From contig NZ_JAHHUL010000007.1 of NCBI RefSeq assembly GCF_019008365.1, positions 112,362-144,361 on the forward strand: a stretch of DNA of 32,000 nucleotides. The letters run 5' to 3'. The translations under genes and the position numbers were made by a program. Every line of letters begins with the position of its first letter. Position 1 is the first letter of the stretch. Below are positions 1 through 7,831 of this stretch, in pieces. Below the pieces are notes generated by a model, which was given only the letters and a program-made list of their open reading frames with translations, ran no database searches and was not told the DNA's origin. This DNA is from Phosphitispora fastidiosa (GTDB lineage Bacteria; Bacillota; Thermincolia; Thermincolales; UBA2595).

Positions 1-93
1 CCGGACAGGCATGTGCCAACCGGCTTTTTTGTTGTTATTCGCTGGCTGGAATAACTCTGGTGATGATATAATAGGTAAAACATTCGAAATAGG

Positions 94-771
94 ATGCGTA
101 TAATTATGGTGAAATTGTTTGAAATAAGAGACATTGTTTTTTCACCCGGCGGTGATAAGCGACAGATCCGGGTTTCCGGGACGCTTGATGAGGGGCGTTT
201 CATGGGGGTCCGGGGCCCGTCAGGCTCCGGGAAAACGACACTGCTGCGAATACTGGCCAGGCTGAGGGAAACCGAGGCAGGCATGGCCCTGCTGGAAGGC
301 AGGGGGTGGTCTGAGTTTACCCCTGTTGAGTGGAGGCGTAAGGTCCATTACCTGTCCCAAAAACCGGTTATATTTGACGGTACAGTTGGGCAAAACCTCA
401 GGATGCCTTTTGGACTGGCTGCTGTGCATAGAGATGTATCTTTTGACAGCAGCCGTGTCTCAGCTTATTTGAAGCGCCTGTATTTGAGTGAAAGCATTCT
501 GGAACAGGATGCCCGGACACTGTCCGGGGGCGAGGCGGCAAGGATAGCCTTAATCAGGGCTCTTATCACAGCCCCCAGGGTTCTGCTGCTGGATGAGCCG
601 CTGGCGGCGCTGGACTTAAAAGCTGCTGCCGCTGTGACCGGCCTTGTTTGTGAGTGGGTTAGCGGGGAACCGGGGCGGGGTGTGGTAATAGTTTCACACA
701 CCGGTGATATTGCTGCACTTCCGGGGATTTCCTATGTGGAAATCGGTGTGGAAGAGGGTGGCTCTAAATGA
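94..771 (+). CDS. fetA: ABC transporter ATP-binding protein, FetA/YbbL-like
   Basis: 225-aa ORF with Walker A GPSGSGKTT, ABC signature LSGGEAARIAL and Walker B LLLDEP. Its stop overlaps (ATGA) the start of the FetB-like permease. Exact start is uncertain; ATG at 106 is also possible. Confidence 0.85.
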   Translation: MRIIMVKLFEIRDIVFSPGGDKRQIRVSGTLDEGRFMGVRGPSGSGKTTLLRILARLRETEAGMALLEGRGWSEFTPVEWRRKVHYLSQKPVIFDGTVGQNLRMPFGLAAVHRDVSFDSSRVSAYLKRLYLSESILEQDARTLSGGEAARIALIRALITAPRVLLLDEPLAALDLKAAAAVTGLVCEWVSGEPGRGVVIVSHTGDIAALPGISYVEIGVEEGGSK

Positions 772-1568
772 ACAATGGTATAATCCCCATTTCAGATGTC
801 CAGCTTGCCCTTAGTGTCATCCTGGTTCTGGTTGCCGGGGGTATTTCGGCCCTGCTGAGGCTGGGGCTGCTTAAAGCACTGCTATGGGGGACCGTAAGGA
901 CATTTGTCCAGCTGACATTTGTCGGATATATGCTGAAATACGTGTTTTCCGCAAACAACCTTTGGATTATAGCAGGGCTTATTGTGGTAATGTGTTTTAT
1001 TGCCGCCAGGGCTTCTGTAAAAAGGACCCCCAATGTGCCCAATTATCCTGTGGCCCTTGCATTCTGGTCCATTTTAGCCAGCACGGTTTTGGTGGGGTTT
1101 GTGGTAGTGCGGATAATTATCGACCCTGAGCCGTGGTATTCCGCCAGGATAGTGATACCTGTGTTTGGCATGATTCTGGGGAATTCCATGAACGGGATAG
1201 CCCTTTCCATTGACCGGCTTTATGGAGAGGTGAAATCAAGGGCGGATGAAATTGAGACTCTCCTGGCATTCGGGGCTGCGCCATGGGAAGCAGTCAGAGA
1301 CTGTGTCCGGGAAGCGCTCAGGTCAGGAATGACACCTACGATTAATTCCCTTATGGTTGTTGGACTGGTAAGCCTGCCCGGGATGATGACAGGCCAGATT
1401 CTCAGCGGCGCGGACCCTCATGAAGCGGTACGATACCAGATTGTTGTTATGCTGATGATTGCCGCCGCTGTAGCCATAGGCTGTCTCCTGCTGGTGGGAT
1501 TGTCCTACAAGAAATTGTTTACCCCTGAGGGGGCTTTAAAAGCAGAGCTATCCAAAAGCAAAAAATGA
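768..1568 (+). CDS. fetB: Iron-export ABC transporter permease, FetB/YbbM (UPF0014) family
   Basis: 266-aa multi-TM ORF. Segments FVQLTFVGYMLKYVFS and VGLVSLPGMMTGQILSGADPHEAVRYQIVVM closely resemble E. coli FetB as I recall it. RBS GAGGGTGG lies upstream. Confidence 0.85.
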   Translation: MNNGIIPISDVQLALSVILVLVAGGISALLRLGLLKALLWGTVRTFVQLTFVGYMLKYVFSANNLWIIAGLIVVMCFIAARASVKRTPNVPNYPVALAFWSILASTVLVGFVVVRIIIDPEPWYSARIVIPVFGMILGNSMNGIALSIDRLYGEVKSRADEIETLLAFGAAPWEAVRDCVREALRSGMTPTINSLMVVGLVSLPGMMTGQILSGADPHEAVRYQIVVMLMIAAAVAIGCLLLVGLSYKKLFTPEGALKAELSKSKK

Positions 1569-1569
1569 C

Positions 1570-1598
1570 TTTACATTGTTTTGTAAAAATGGTAATAT
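1570..1598 (+). promoter_or_regulatory. Sigma-A-type promoter candidate (TTTACA-17 nt-TAATAT) for a ~300-nt leader upstream of aor
   Basis: TTTACA at 1570-1575, a 17-nt spacer, then TAATAT at 1593-1598, immediately after the fetB stop. Confidence 0.45.
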
Positions 1599-1624
1599 GG
1601 CCTTGGATGACGATTGCAAATACG

Positions 1625-1716
1625 TACACTTCCGATTTATACTGTCCTTACGGGACGGTGTAAACGAAAGGGTATTGGGAGCAATTCCGGTGCCTGCCAT
1701 TGAGCAAAGGAAGGTA
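1625..1716 (+). promoter_or_regulatory. Candidate Moco/Tuco (molybdenum/tungsten cofactor) riboswitch aptamer
   Basis: CTTCC (1629-1633) can pair with GGAAG (1709-1713) as a closing stem. Inside are CTTCCGA, GCCTGCC and AAAGGAAG strings resembling the remembered CUCCGAG...GCCUGGGCA...AAAGGAG consensus. There is an internal hairpin at 1642-1658 and a GNRA-capped hairpin (GGGA-GCAA-TTCC, 1677-1688). The downstream genes (tungsten AOR and MoaD) are the typical genomic context. The consensus is recalled from memory, not aligned. Confidence 0.4.
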
Positions 1717-1744
1717 ACTTTTCGGAGTTTACTTTTCTTTGCTC
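1702..1744 (+). promoter_or_regulatory. Long leader hairpin overlapping the 3' strand of the putative riboswitch closing stem (possible attenuator)
   Basis: GAGCAAAGGAAGGTAAC can pair with GTTTACTTTTCTTTGCTC for ~16 bp including G-U pairs. The following tract TTCTGCTTTCC is only a weak U-run. Confidence 0.3.
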
Positions 1745-1912
1745 TTCTGCTTTCCGATTTATTTCCAGTACTTCATATTCACTGTATTTCCAGTATTTCA
1801 TATTTACAATGATGATTTCATATAGGGGCTGATTTTTTACGATTTTAAGGCTCTGCCATCTGGCAGCAGATGGGCAGTTGAGCCTGTAAAATAAAGAGGG
1901 AGGTAGATAGAA

Positions 1913-3637
1913 TTGAAAATTTTCCGTGTCAACATGACAAACCAGACGGTTACTGCGGAGGATGTTCCGCAGGAGCTGCAGGGCTTTGGGGGAAGAGCTC
2001 TGACTTCGGCCATAGTTGCCAAAGAGGTTGAGCCTACCTGCCATGCGCTGGGGCCCAATAACAAACTGGTATTTGCCCCTGGGCTCTTGTCAGGGACTAC
2101 GGCTCCAAGCTCCGGAAGAATGTCGGTAGGAGGGAAAAGCCCCCTTACCGGTACTATTAAGGAGAGTAACGTTGGTGGCACGGCATCCCAGAAGCTTGCC
2201 AGGCTGGGAGTAAAGGCGATAATTATTGAAGGACAGCCCCAAGGCGATAGTTTTTACTGCCTTCATGTGGATAAAACCGGGGTTAAGATCGAGGAGGACC
2301 GGGTTCTGGTCGGAAAGGGCAATTATGAAGTTGTCAAGAAACTGACCGAAAGATTCAGCGAAAAAATTGGTGTAATGACAATAGGTCAGGCCGGGGAACG
2401 CAAGATGCTGTCAGCAAATATTTCAGTCAAGGACCCTGACGGCGGTCTGCGCAGTGCGGGACGAGGCGGTCTGGGAGCGGTTATGGGCTCCAAGAAAATA
2501 AAATATATCACTATTGATGATACAGATGCTCCCGGAGTAGCTGTGGCTGACCCGGAAAAATTCAAAGAAGCCGCCAGGGTTTTTGCCAAGGGACTGACTG
2601 AACATCCGGTTACCGGACAGGGGCTGCCGACATATGGTACCGATGTTTTGGTTAATATAGTCAACGAGGCCGGCGGCCTTCCGACAATGAACTTCAGTGC
2701 AGGGCGCTTTAAAGGGGCAAACAAGATAGGTGGAGAAACAATGCATGACATAATTGTCAGCAGAAACGGAAAACCTACTCATGCATGCCATCCCGGTTGT
2801 GTTATCAGGTGCTCCCAGGTCTATAATGACAAGGACGGTAATTACCTGACCTCAGGCTTTGAATATGAAACGATCTGGGCCTTTGGCGCAGACTGCTGCA
2901 TTGACGACCTTGATGTTATCGCCAATGCTGACCGCATTTGTGACGATATTGGTATTGATACTATAGAGACTGCAGTCGCGATAGGTGTAGCCATGGAAGG
3001 CGGGGTTGTTTCCTTTGGAGACGGCCAGGGGATGCTGAACCTGATGGGTGAAATTGAAAAGGGCAGTTATCTCGGGAGGATATTGGGTAATGGCGCGGAA
3101 TTTGCCGGCAAGGCCTTTGGGGTAACCAGAGTGCCGACTGTTAAAGGACAGGCGATTCCTGCTTATGATCCCAGGGCAGTTAAGGGAATTGGGATTACCT
3201 ATGCAACAACTACTATGGGCGCCGACCATACCGCGGGTTATTCGGTGGCAACCAATATTCTGAAGGTTGGCGGGGACATTAACCCCCTGGTCAAGGAAGG
3301 TAATATGGATCTGTCGCGGAACCTGCAGATCGCTACAGCGGCTGTTGACAGTACCGGCCTCTGCCTGTTTGTGGCCTTCTGTATCCTGGATAATGCCGAG
3401 GCCTTCCAGGCAATTATCGATATGCTTAATGCCCAGTACGGTCTGAGCATGACTGCTGATGACGTAACAGAACTGGGTAAAACCGTACTTAAGACCGAAC
3501 GTGCGTTTAACCAGGGCGCCGGGTTTACAGCCAAACATGACCGCCTGCCTGAATTCTTCAAGAGGGAAACCTGTCCGCCCCATGATGCTATTTGGGACTT
3601 TACGGATGAAGAAATTGACTCATTCTGGAACTTCTAA
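1913..3637 (+). CDS. aor: Tungsten-containing aldehyde:ferredoxin oxidoreductase (AOR family)
   Basis: 574 aa with a TTG start 10 nt after GAGGGAGG. Strong similarity by eye to P. furiosus AOR: KSPLTG, AGRGGLGAVMGSKKIKYI, GLPTYGTDVLVNIVNE, EYETIWAFGA, PAYDPR, DSTGLCLF, plus a Cys cluster CHPGCVIRC. Confidence 0.93.
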   Translation: MKIFRVNMTNQTVTAEDVPQELQGFGGRALTSAIVAKEVEPTCHALGPNNKLVFAPGLLSGTTAPSSGRMSVGGKSPLTGTIKESNVGGTASQKLARLGVKAIIIEGQPQGDSFYCLHVDKTGVKIEEDRVLVGKGNYEVVKKLTERFSEKIGVMTIGQAGERKMLSANISVKDPDGGLRSAGRGGLGAVMGSKKIKYITIDDTDAPGVAVADPEKFKEAARVFAKGLTEHPVTGQGLPTYGTDVLVNIVNEAGGLPTMNFSAGRFKGANKIGGETMHDIIVSRNGKPTHACHPGCVIRCSQVYNDKDGNYLTSGFEYETIWAFGADCCIDDLDVIANADRICDDIGIDTIETAVAIGVAMEGGVVSFGDGQGMLNLMGEIEKGSYLGRILGNGAEFAGKAFGVTRVPTVKGQAIPAYDPRAVKGIGITYATTTMGADHTAGYSVATNILKVGGDINPLVKEGNMDLSRNLQIATAAVDSTGLCLFVAFCILDNAEAFQAIIDMLNAQYGLSMTADDVTELGKTVLKTERAFNQGAGFTAKHDRLPEFFKRETCPPHDAIWDFTDEEIDSFWNF

Positions 3638-3668
3638 CAGAACTGTTAATTAACCTGGAGGTGTACCC

Positions 3669-3914
3669 GTGGAACTGGAAATCAGGCTGTTCACCGGACT
3701 AAAATGCAATAATCAGGAACTCCCCTGTTTCGGGAAACAGGAATTTTACCTGGATGCACCGGATGAAATTACAGTCAGGGAGCTTCACGGAATACTCGGC
3801 CTTGATCGGAAAACTTCCCTAATCAGCCTGATAAATGGGTTGTCCAGGCCGGACGAGTGGGTACTGAAAAACAAAGACAGGGTAGGAATCTTCCCACCTG
3901 TTGGCGGAGGTTAA
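3669..3914 (+). CDS. MoaD/ThiS-family small sulfur-carrier-like protein
   Basis: 81 aa with a GTG start after GGAGGTG and a C-terminal ...PPVGGG diglycine end. It sits immediately downstream of aor. Confidence 0.75.
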   Translation: MELEIRLFTGLKCNNQELPCFGKQEFYLDAPDEITVRELHGILGLDRKTSLISLINGLSRPDEWVLKNKDRVGIFPPVGGG

Positions 3915-3924
3915 AAGTCATATA

Positions 3925-3980
3925 AGAGGCTGTCCTGAGATGATGAACTGTCAGTTCATTACAGGGCAGCCTCTTTTGAT
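3925..3980 (+). terminator. Rho-independent terminator after aor-moaD
   Basis: AGAGGCTGTCCTG (3925-3937) pairs with CAGGGCAGCCTCT (3962-3974) with one G-U pair, and an inner ATGAACT/AGTTCAT stem is present. It is followed by TTTTGAT. Confidence 0.75.
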
Positions 3981-4084
3981 GCAGGGGTATTTCTTTGATA
4001 TAATAAATTTTTATAACTATTACAATCATACATTGTTATGATAATATATTCATATATGTTTGATATAGGGAAGGTGGGATATAG

Positions 4085-4465
4085 TTGTATGAAATATCTG
4101 CAGTAAGCCATTTTGATGCAGCCCATTTTTTGCGCGGTTACCCCGGTAAGTGTGCCAACATTCACGGACACCGTTGGAAGGTAGCCATAATGTTAACAGG
4201 CTCCGAGCTGAATGACCTGGGCATCCTGGTGGATTTTATGGATGTCAAGCAGCTCCTTAAAGAGGTTACGGAAATGTTTGATCATAAGCTGATAAATGAC
4301 GTGCCCCCTTTTGACCGGCTTAACCCTACAGCTGAAAATATTGCCAAAATGATTTTTGATGAAATGAAAGCCAGGCTGCAGGACGGGACCCAGGGTCAGG
4401 TAAATATCGCCAGGGTTACTGTCTGGGAATCGGAAAACGCTTCCGCAGCATATTACGACATTTAG
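4085..4465 (+). CDS. queD: 6-carboxy-5,6,7,8-tetrahydropterin synthase
   Basis: 126 aa with TTG start and RBS GGAAGGTGGG. Shows the small-PTPS/QueD pattern SAVSHFDAAHFL...CANIHGHRW. Confidence 0.85.
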   Translation: MYEISAVSHFDAAHFLRGYPGKCANIHGHRWKVAIMLTGSELNDLGILVDFMDVKQLLKEVTEMFDHKLINDVPPFDRLNPTAENIAKMIFDEMKARLQDGTQGQVNIARVTVWESENASAAYYDI

Positions 4466-4477
4466 GAGGACTTAAAT

Positions 4478-5173
4478 ATGAAAGCTGTTGTCCTGCTTTC
4501 AGGGGGACTGGACTCAACTGTTTGTATGAGTGTGGCCGCAAAAGAGGGATACGAAATTTATCCAATCAGTTTTGCGTATGGTCAGAGGCATGACCGGGAA
4601 ACGGAATGTGCCAAGAGGGTAGCTGAATATTACGGTGTCGCCAGGCACCTGATTATTTCGACAAATATGGGCGCTATCGGGGGCAGCGCCTTAACGGCTG
4701 ATATCGATGTCCCAGACGGTGATGATAACAGGAAAGATATTCCGGTTACTTATGTTCCGGCGCGGAATCTGATATTTTTGAGTTATGCTCTGGGGTATGC
4801 GGAGGTCCTCGGTGCGGGCAAGATATATATAGGAGTTAATGCGGTGGATTATTCGGGTTATCCTGACTGCCGCCCGGAGTTTATTGATAGGTTCCAGCAG
4901 TTGGCTGATTACTCTACCAGGGCCGCAGCACAGGATAACAAGCTGATCAGGGTGGAGACCCCCTTAATCAACTTGTCTAAAGGAGATATTATCAAACTGG
5001 GGAGGGCCAACGGAGCCCCGCTGGACCTGACCACAAGCTGCTACCGGGGCGGAGAAAGGGCATGTGGTTCCTGTGACAGCTGTCTGTTAAGACTTCGGGG
5101 GTTCAGGGAAGCGGGGTATAGAGATCCGATTCCCTATATCGAAGAAATACTCAGGGAAAATGGAGTGATATGA
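4478..5173 (+). CDS. queC: 7-cyano-7-deazaguanine synthase
   Basis: 231 aa with PP-loop LLSGGLDS, YVPARN, and a C-terminal zinc Cys cluster CYRGGERACGSCDSC. RBS AGGAGG. Confidence 0.92.
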   Translation: MKAVVLLSGGLDSTVCMSVAAKEGYEIYPISFAYGQRHDRETECAKRVAEYYGVARHLIISTNMGAIGGSALTADIDVPDGDDNRKDIPVTYVPARNLIFLSYALGYAEVLGAGKIYIGVNAVDYSGYPDCRPEFIDRFQQLADYSTRAAAQDNKLIRVETPLINLSKGDIIKLGRANGAPLDLTTSCYRGGERACGSCDSCLLRLRGFREAGYRDPIPYIEEILRENGVI

Positions 5174-5505
5174 TGACAGAAAATGTTGAAATCCTGATAT
5201 TTGGCTCGCGGATTCTGGACAACTGCCGCCGTACCGGGTGAGGACCGGTGCAGTCTCAGGCTGAGACTGTCAGGGTATTGGGTGAAATCCTGAAAACGAA
5301 ATATGGTGAGATGATTAAGACAAAATATATTGATGTCATCGATGATGAACTGGACGATTACCCGGAAGTTGAGGATTACCTGAAAAGGTCAGGAATGCAG
5401 CTGCCTCTTTTGGTCATTGGCGGTAAAATACTCAGGCCGGGTACAGGTCTCAACTATATGGAAATCACAGAAGAACTTGACAGTATGGGAATTGCCAAAA
5501 CATAG
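5173..5505 (+). CDS. Thioredoxin-fold (possibly YuzD/DUF1462-like) small protein with in-frame UGA at 5239-5241: candidate selenoprotein. The conservative model is GTG 5248..5505.
   Basis: ATG at 5173 overlaps the queC stop (TGATG) and lies 6 nt after GGAG. The 22 codons MTENVEILIFGSRILDNCRRTG are in the same frame as the 85-aa track ORF, separated only by TGA. A hairpin follows 9 nt after the TGA. Confidence 0.5.
5251..5269 (+). promoter_or_regulatory. SECIS-like hairpin downstream of the in-frame UGA
   Basis: CAGTCTCA-GGC-TGAGACTG forms a perfect 8-bp stem with a G-containing apical loop. The loop lies ~18-20 nt after the UGA, within the spacing range described for bacterial SECIS elements. 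Confidence 0.4.
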
Positions 5506-5542
5506 CAAAGAGGATGCTCCTTTGCAAGGGCATCCTCTTTGC
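5505..5542. terminator. Bidirectional hairpin terminator between convergent genes
   Basis: GCAAAGAGGATGC (5505-5517) pairs with GCATCCTCTTTGC (5530-5542) as a perfect 13-bp stem. The U-run is better on the minus-strand side (TGTTTTGG). Confidence 0.7.
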
Positions 5543-5548
5543 TGCCTG

Positions 5549-6007
5549 TTATTGTCCCTGAAAGCGCCTCATCAGTCTCTCGCGAAAAACCGAATCTTCA
5601 GGGGTGCTGTTTTCTACATTAGCCATCTGTTCGAGAATATAGTCTATCGAATCGGGAATGCTCCTTTCGAAAAATCCGGCCCGCCTGTCTTTCCATGCCA
5701 ACAGCCAGTTATTAAAACCCCTGGCTTCATCCTCGGTAATTTCAGCCATGCCAATCTCCTTGCAGTTAGAAGACTTCAAAGCAGGAAGATACATGGGCAT
5801 ATGTATAACCAAGGGCCTCAATTCCGCGGGGTTAATTTCTTCCGGAACTGAATCAAAAGAATTTGAGTATGTAACGACACCGATAATTGGTTCCTTACTG
5901 GTTTCTGTAATACCGGTAACTTTACATACTCCGTAAGTATCACCTTCCATATTGAATGCCAAAAGCATTCCGGGTTTAAAATCCATATCTCCAAACCTCC
6001 TTGCCAT
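5549..6007 (-). CDS. Hypothetical protein (152 aa)
   Basis: Clean ORF with RBS GGAGGTTTGGAG upstream of the ATG and convergent with the terminator hairpin. I recognise no family. Confidence 0.6.
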   Translation of the reverse strand: MARRFGDMDFKPGMLLAFNMEGDTYGVCKVTGITETSKEPIIGVVTYSNSFDSVPEEINPAELRPLVIHMPMYLPALKSSNCKEIGMAEITEDEARGFNNWLLAWKDRRAGFFERSIPDSIDYILEQMANVENSTPEDSVFRERLMRRFQGQ

Positions 6008-6165
6008 TTCCTTAAGATGTGATTAAACTTTATTCGATACTGCCGGGCTATTATCCTTCCCATAATTTGAAGAAAGTAAACCTTTTCATTGACGCACCCA
6101 CCTGCCCTTTGATAAAATTAGCTCAGTTAAAGAAGACATCAACGCTAACTGTGGATGGTGAAAAA

Positions 6166-6888
6166 ATGCTAAGAACAGTCTGGTTCTATATGATACTTGT
6201 GCTATCTGTACTGGCGACAACAATAGCTCTGCCGGTCTGGCATGTTTTTGGATTGCTGGGCATGAAAGATGCCCAGCATAAATGCGGGCATTATGTCGCT
6301 TATTACTGGGGCAGAATTCTCTTGTCTGCTGCTGCGGTGAAGGTTGAAATACAGGGACTTGAAAATGTTCCGGCTGAGGGGTCGGTGGTTTTTGTGGGTA
6401 ACCACCAAAGTAATTTTGATATTTTTGTTCTCCTGGGCTGTATCAACAAGTCCAAGAGCTTTCTTGCCAAGGTAGAACTTGCTAAGATACCGATTGTTCA
6501 TTCATGGATGCAAAAAATGAAATGTGTGTTCATTGACAGGGGCAACATGAGGCAGTCCATTAAAGCCATTCAACGATGTATTGAGGTAATAAAAGAAGGG
6601 CAGTCCATGGTTATTTTCCCTGAAGGCACCCGCAGCAAGGGACCGGATATGGGAGAGTTCAAAAAGGGCAGCCTGCGTGTGGCCGAAAAGTCGGGGGCTC
6701 CTGTTGTACCTGTTGCCATAAGCGGCACATACCGCATCATGGAAGCAAATAACGGCAGAATAAGTCCTGTTGCAGTTACGGTTAAAATTGCCCCGCCAAT
6801 TATTTATGACAGTCTCTCCAAAGAGGAACAGGGAAATATTCACACAATCCTTCGGGACACAATTGCCGAAAACGTTTCGGATAAATAA
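6166..6888 (+). CDS. plsC: 1-acyl-sn-glycerol-3-phosphate acyltransferase
   Basis: Acyltransferase motifs NHQSNFD (HX4D), FPEGTRS and VPVAISG, with an N-terminal TM helix. The start is chosen at ATG 6166 (MLRTVWFYM) rather than the track start at 6019, which would overlap the upstream divergent promoter region. Confidence 0.85.
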   Translation: MLRTVWFYMILVLSVLATTIALPVWHVFGLLGMKDAQHKCGHYVAYYWGRILLSAAAVKVEIQGLENVPAEGSVVFVGNHQSNFDIFVLLGCINKSKSFLAKVELAKIPIVHSWMQKMKCVFIDRGNMRQSIKAIQRCIEVIKEGQSMVIFPEGTRSKGPDMGEFKKGSLRVAEKSGAPVVPVAISGTYRIMEANNGRISPVAVTVKIAPPIIYDSLSKEEQGNIHTILRDTIAENVSDK

Positions 6889-6893
6889 GTAAG

Positions 6894-7625
6894 CTATAAT
6901 TTTTTGAGCAGTTCGGCAACATTTTGCTGACAGTGGTTGATGAAAGCCGGGAAGGAACTCTCAACAATATCAACTGCTTCTTCAATCACACTTGCAGCAG
7001 CCATGATATCAATGGTGATGCCGTGCTTTTTTGCAGTCTGCTTACCGTACTTTGTGGCCAATTCAACCGGCGTTATTTCACCGGTAGGCACATATTCCCC
7101 ATATATGGGGAAACTCATGGCCAGTTTGGCGGCGGGAACGTCAAAAAACGGAGCCAGAACCTGACTTATGGCAAGAACCAGAGTCTGATTGTTCAGGGCT
7201 TTCTTGAGGCCCCCGTGAAATTCCGGGCGCTTTTCATAAAGCCATACATCAGCCGCCATTTCGATAAAGTTATGAGCCTTCCACCAGCCCATTTCCTGAG
7301 GCAGGTTACAGCTTTTGATGACCTTTTCCACCAGGGGCCGGGCCATTTCAAAGGCATAGCCTTTTTCGTAATCCAGATATTTTTCATCACAGTAGTAATC
7401 AAGGCCTCTCGGTGTGGTGCTGTGGGTAATGACTGCCATGGAGAAGTCCCCAAGTACAGACAGCCCGTTAAGATACCTGTGCAGGGCAGGGGCCTGGTTA
7501 TGGGCAGTACTATGTTCAAGAAACCCGGCAATAATAGTATCAGGGAATACCGCGCCGAGGATTATTTCGTCACTTATTTTGCCCAGAACATCATTGGCAA
7601 AGCAGATATGTGTGTATGGAAACAA
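6894..7625 (-). CDS. Hypothetical His-rich protein (243 aa), possibly a metal-dependent hydrolase
   Basis: TTG start 6 nt after GGGAGTG. Its composition is more protein-like than the overlapping plus-strand shadow ORF. No confident family assignment. Confidence 0.6.
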   Translation of the reverse strand: MFPYTHICFANDVLGKISDEIILGAVFPDTIIAGFLEHSTAHNQAPALHRYLNGLSVLGDFSMAVITHSTTPRGLDYYCDEKYLDYEKGYAFEMARPLVEKVIKSCNLPQEMGWWKAHNFIEMAADVWLYEKRPEFHGGLKKALNNQTLVLAISQVLAPFFDVPAAKLAMSFPIYGEYVPTGEITPVELATKYGKQTAKKHGITIDIMAAASVIEEAVDIVESSFPAFINHCQQNVAELLKKL

Positions 7626-7747
7626 ATTATAACACTCCCTATTATGTAATATGGACTACACTCACTTCTACAAAATATTAATTTTTCCTGTAAAAAGGCA
7701 AAACCAATTTGTGGCAGCCGTTGGCTTGCAGGTTTCAATTATTGGCA

Positions 7748-7776
7748 TTGACAACTTGGGTTTCCGGGGCTAACAT
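7748..7776 (+). promoter_or_regulatory. Sigma-A-type promoter candidate (TTGACA-17 nt-TAACAT) upstream of the FmdE-family gene
   Basis: TTGACA at 7748-7753 and TAACAT at 7771-7776. Confidence 0.4.
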
Positions 7777-7831
7777 AGTATTATACCCCAAGGGGGTACG
7801 TAACGTTGAAAGGGGGAGTTTGGCAGTGTGT

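Noticed and set aside
2852-3583. 243-aa minus-strand ORF, plus other antisense ORFs at 2386-2791 and 3238-3561, inside the AOR gene
   Set aside because: They overlap a strongly supported AOR coding frame entirely. They have odd composition and no RBS, as expected of shadow ORFs in GC-richer coding DNA.
3981-4084. Possible preQ1 riboswitch upstream of queD-queC
   Set aside because: The context would fit, but I could not find the compact preQ1-I hairpin with its A-rich tail (...CCC...TAAAAAACTA-like). The region is AT-rich promoter-like sequence only. An Infernal scan would settle it.
5417-5851. 144-aa plus-strand ORF spanning the 5505-5542 terminator and running antisense to the 5549-6007 gene
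   Set aside because: It reads through a perfect 13-bp terminator hairpin and overlaps two better-supported genes, so it is likely spurious.
6924-7649. 241-aa plus-strand ORF mirroring the minus-strand gene 6894-7625
   Set aside because: The minus-strand frame has a proper RBS (GGGAGTG + 6 nt + TTG) and a more protein-like sequence. The plus-strand product is Cys/Phe/Gly-rich with no start context. I cannot fully exclude it without homology searches.
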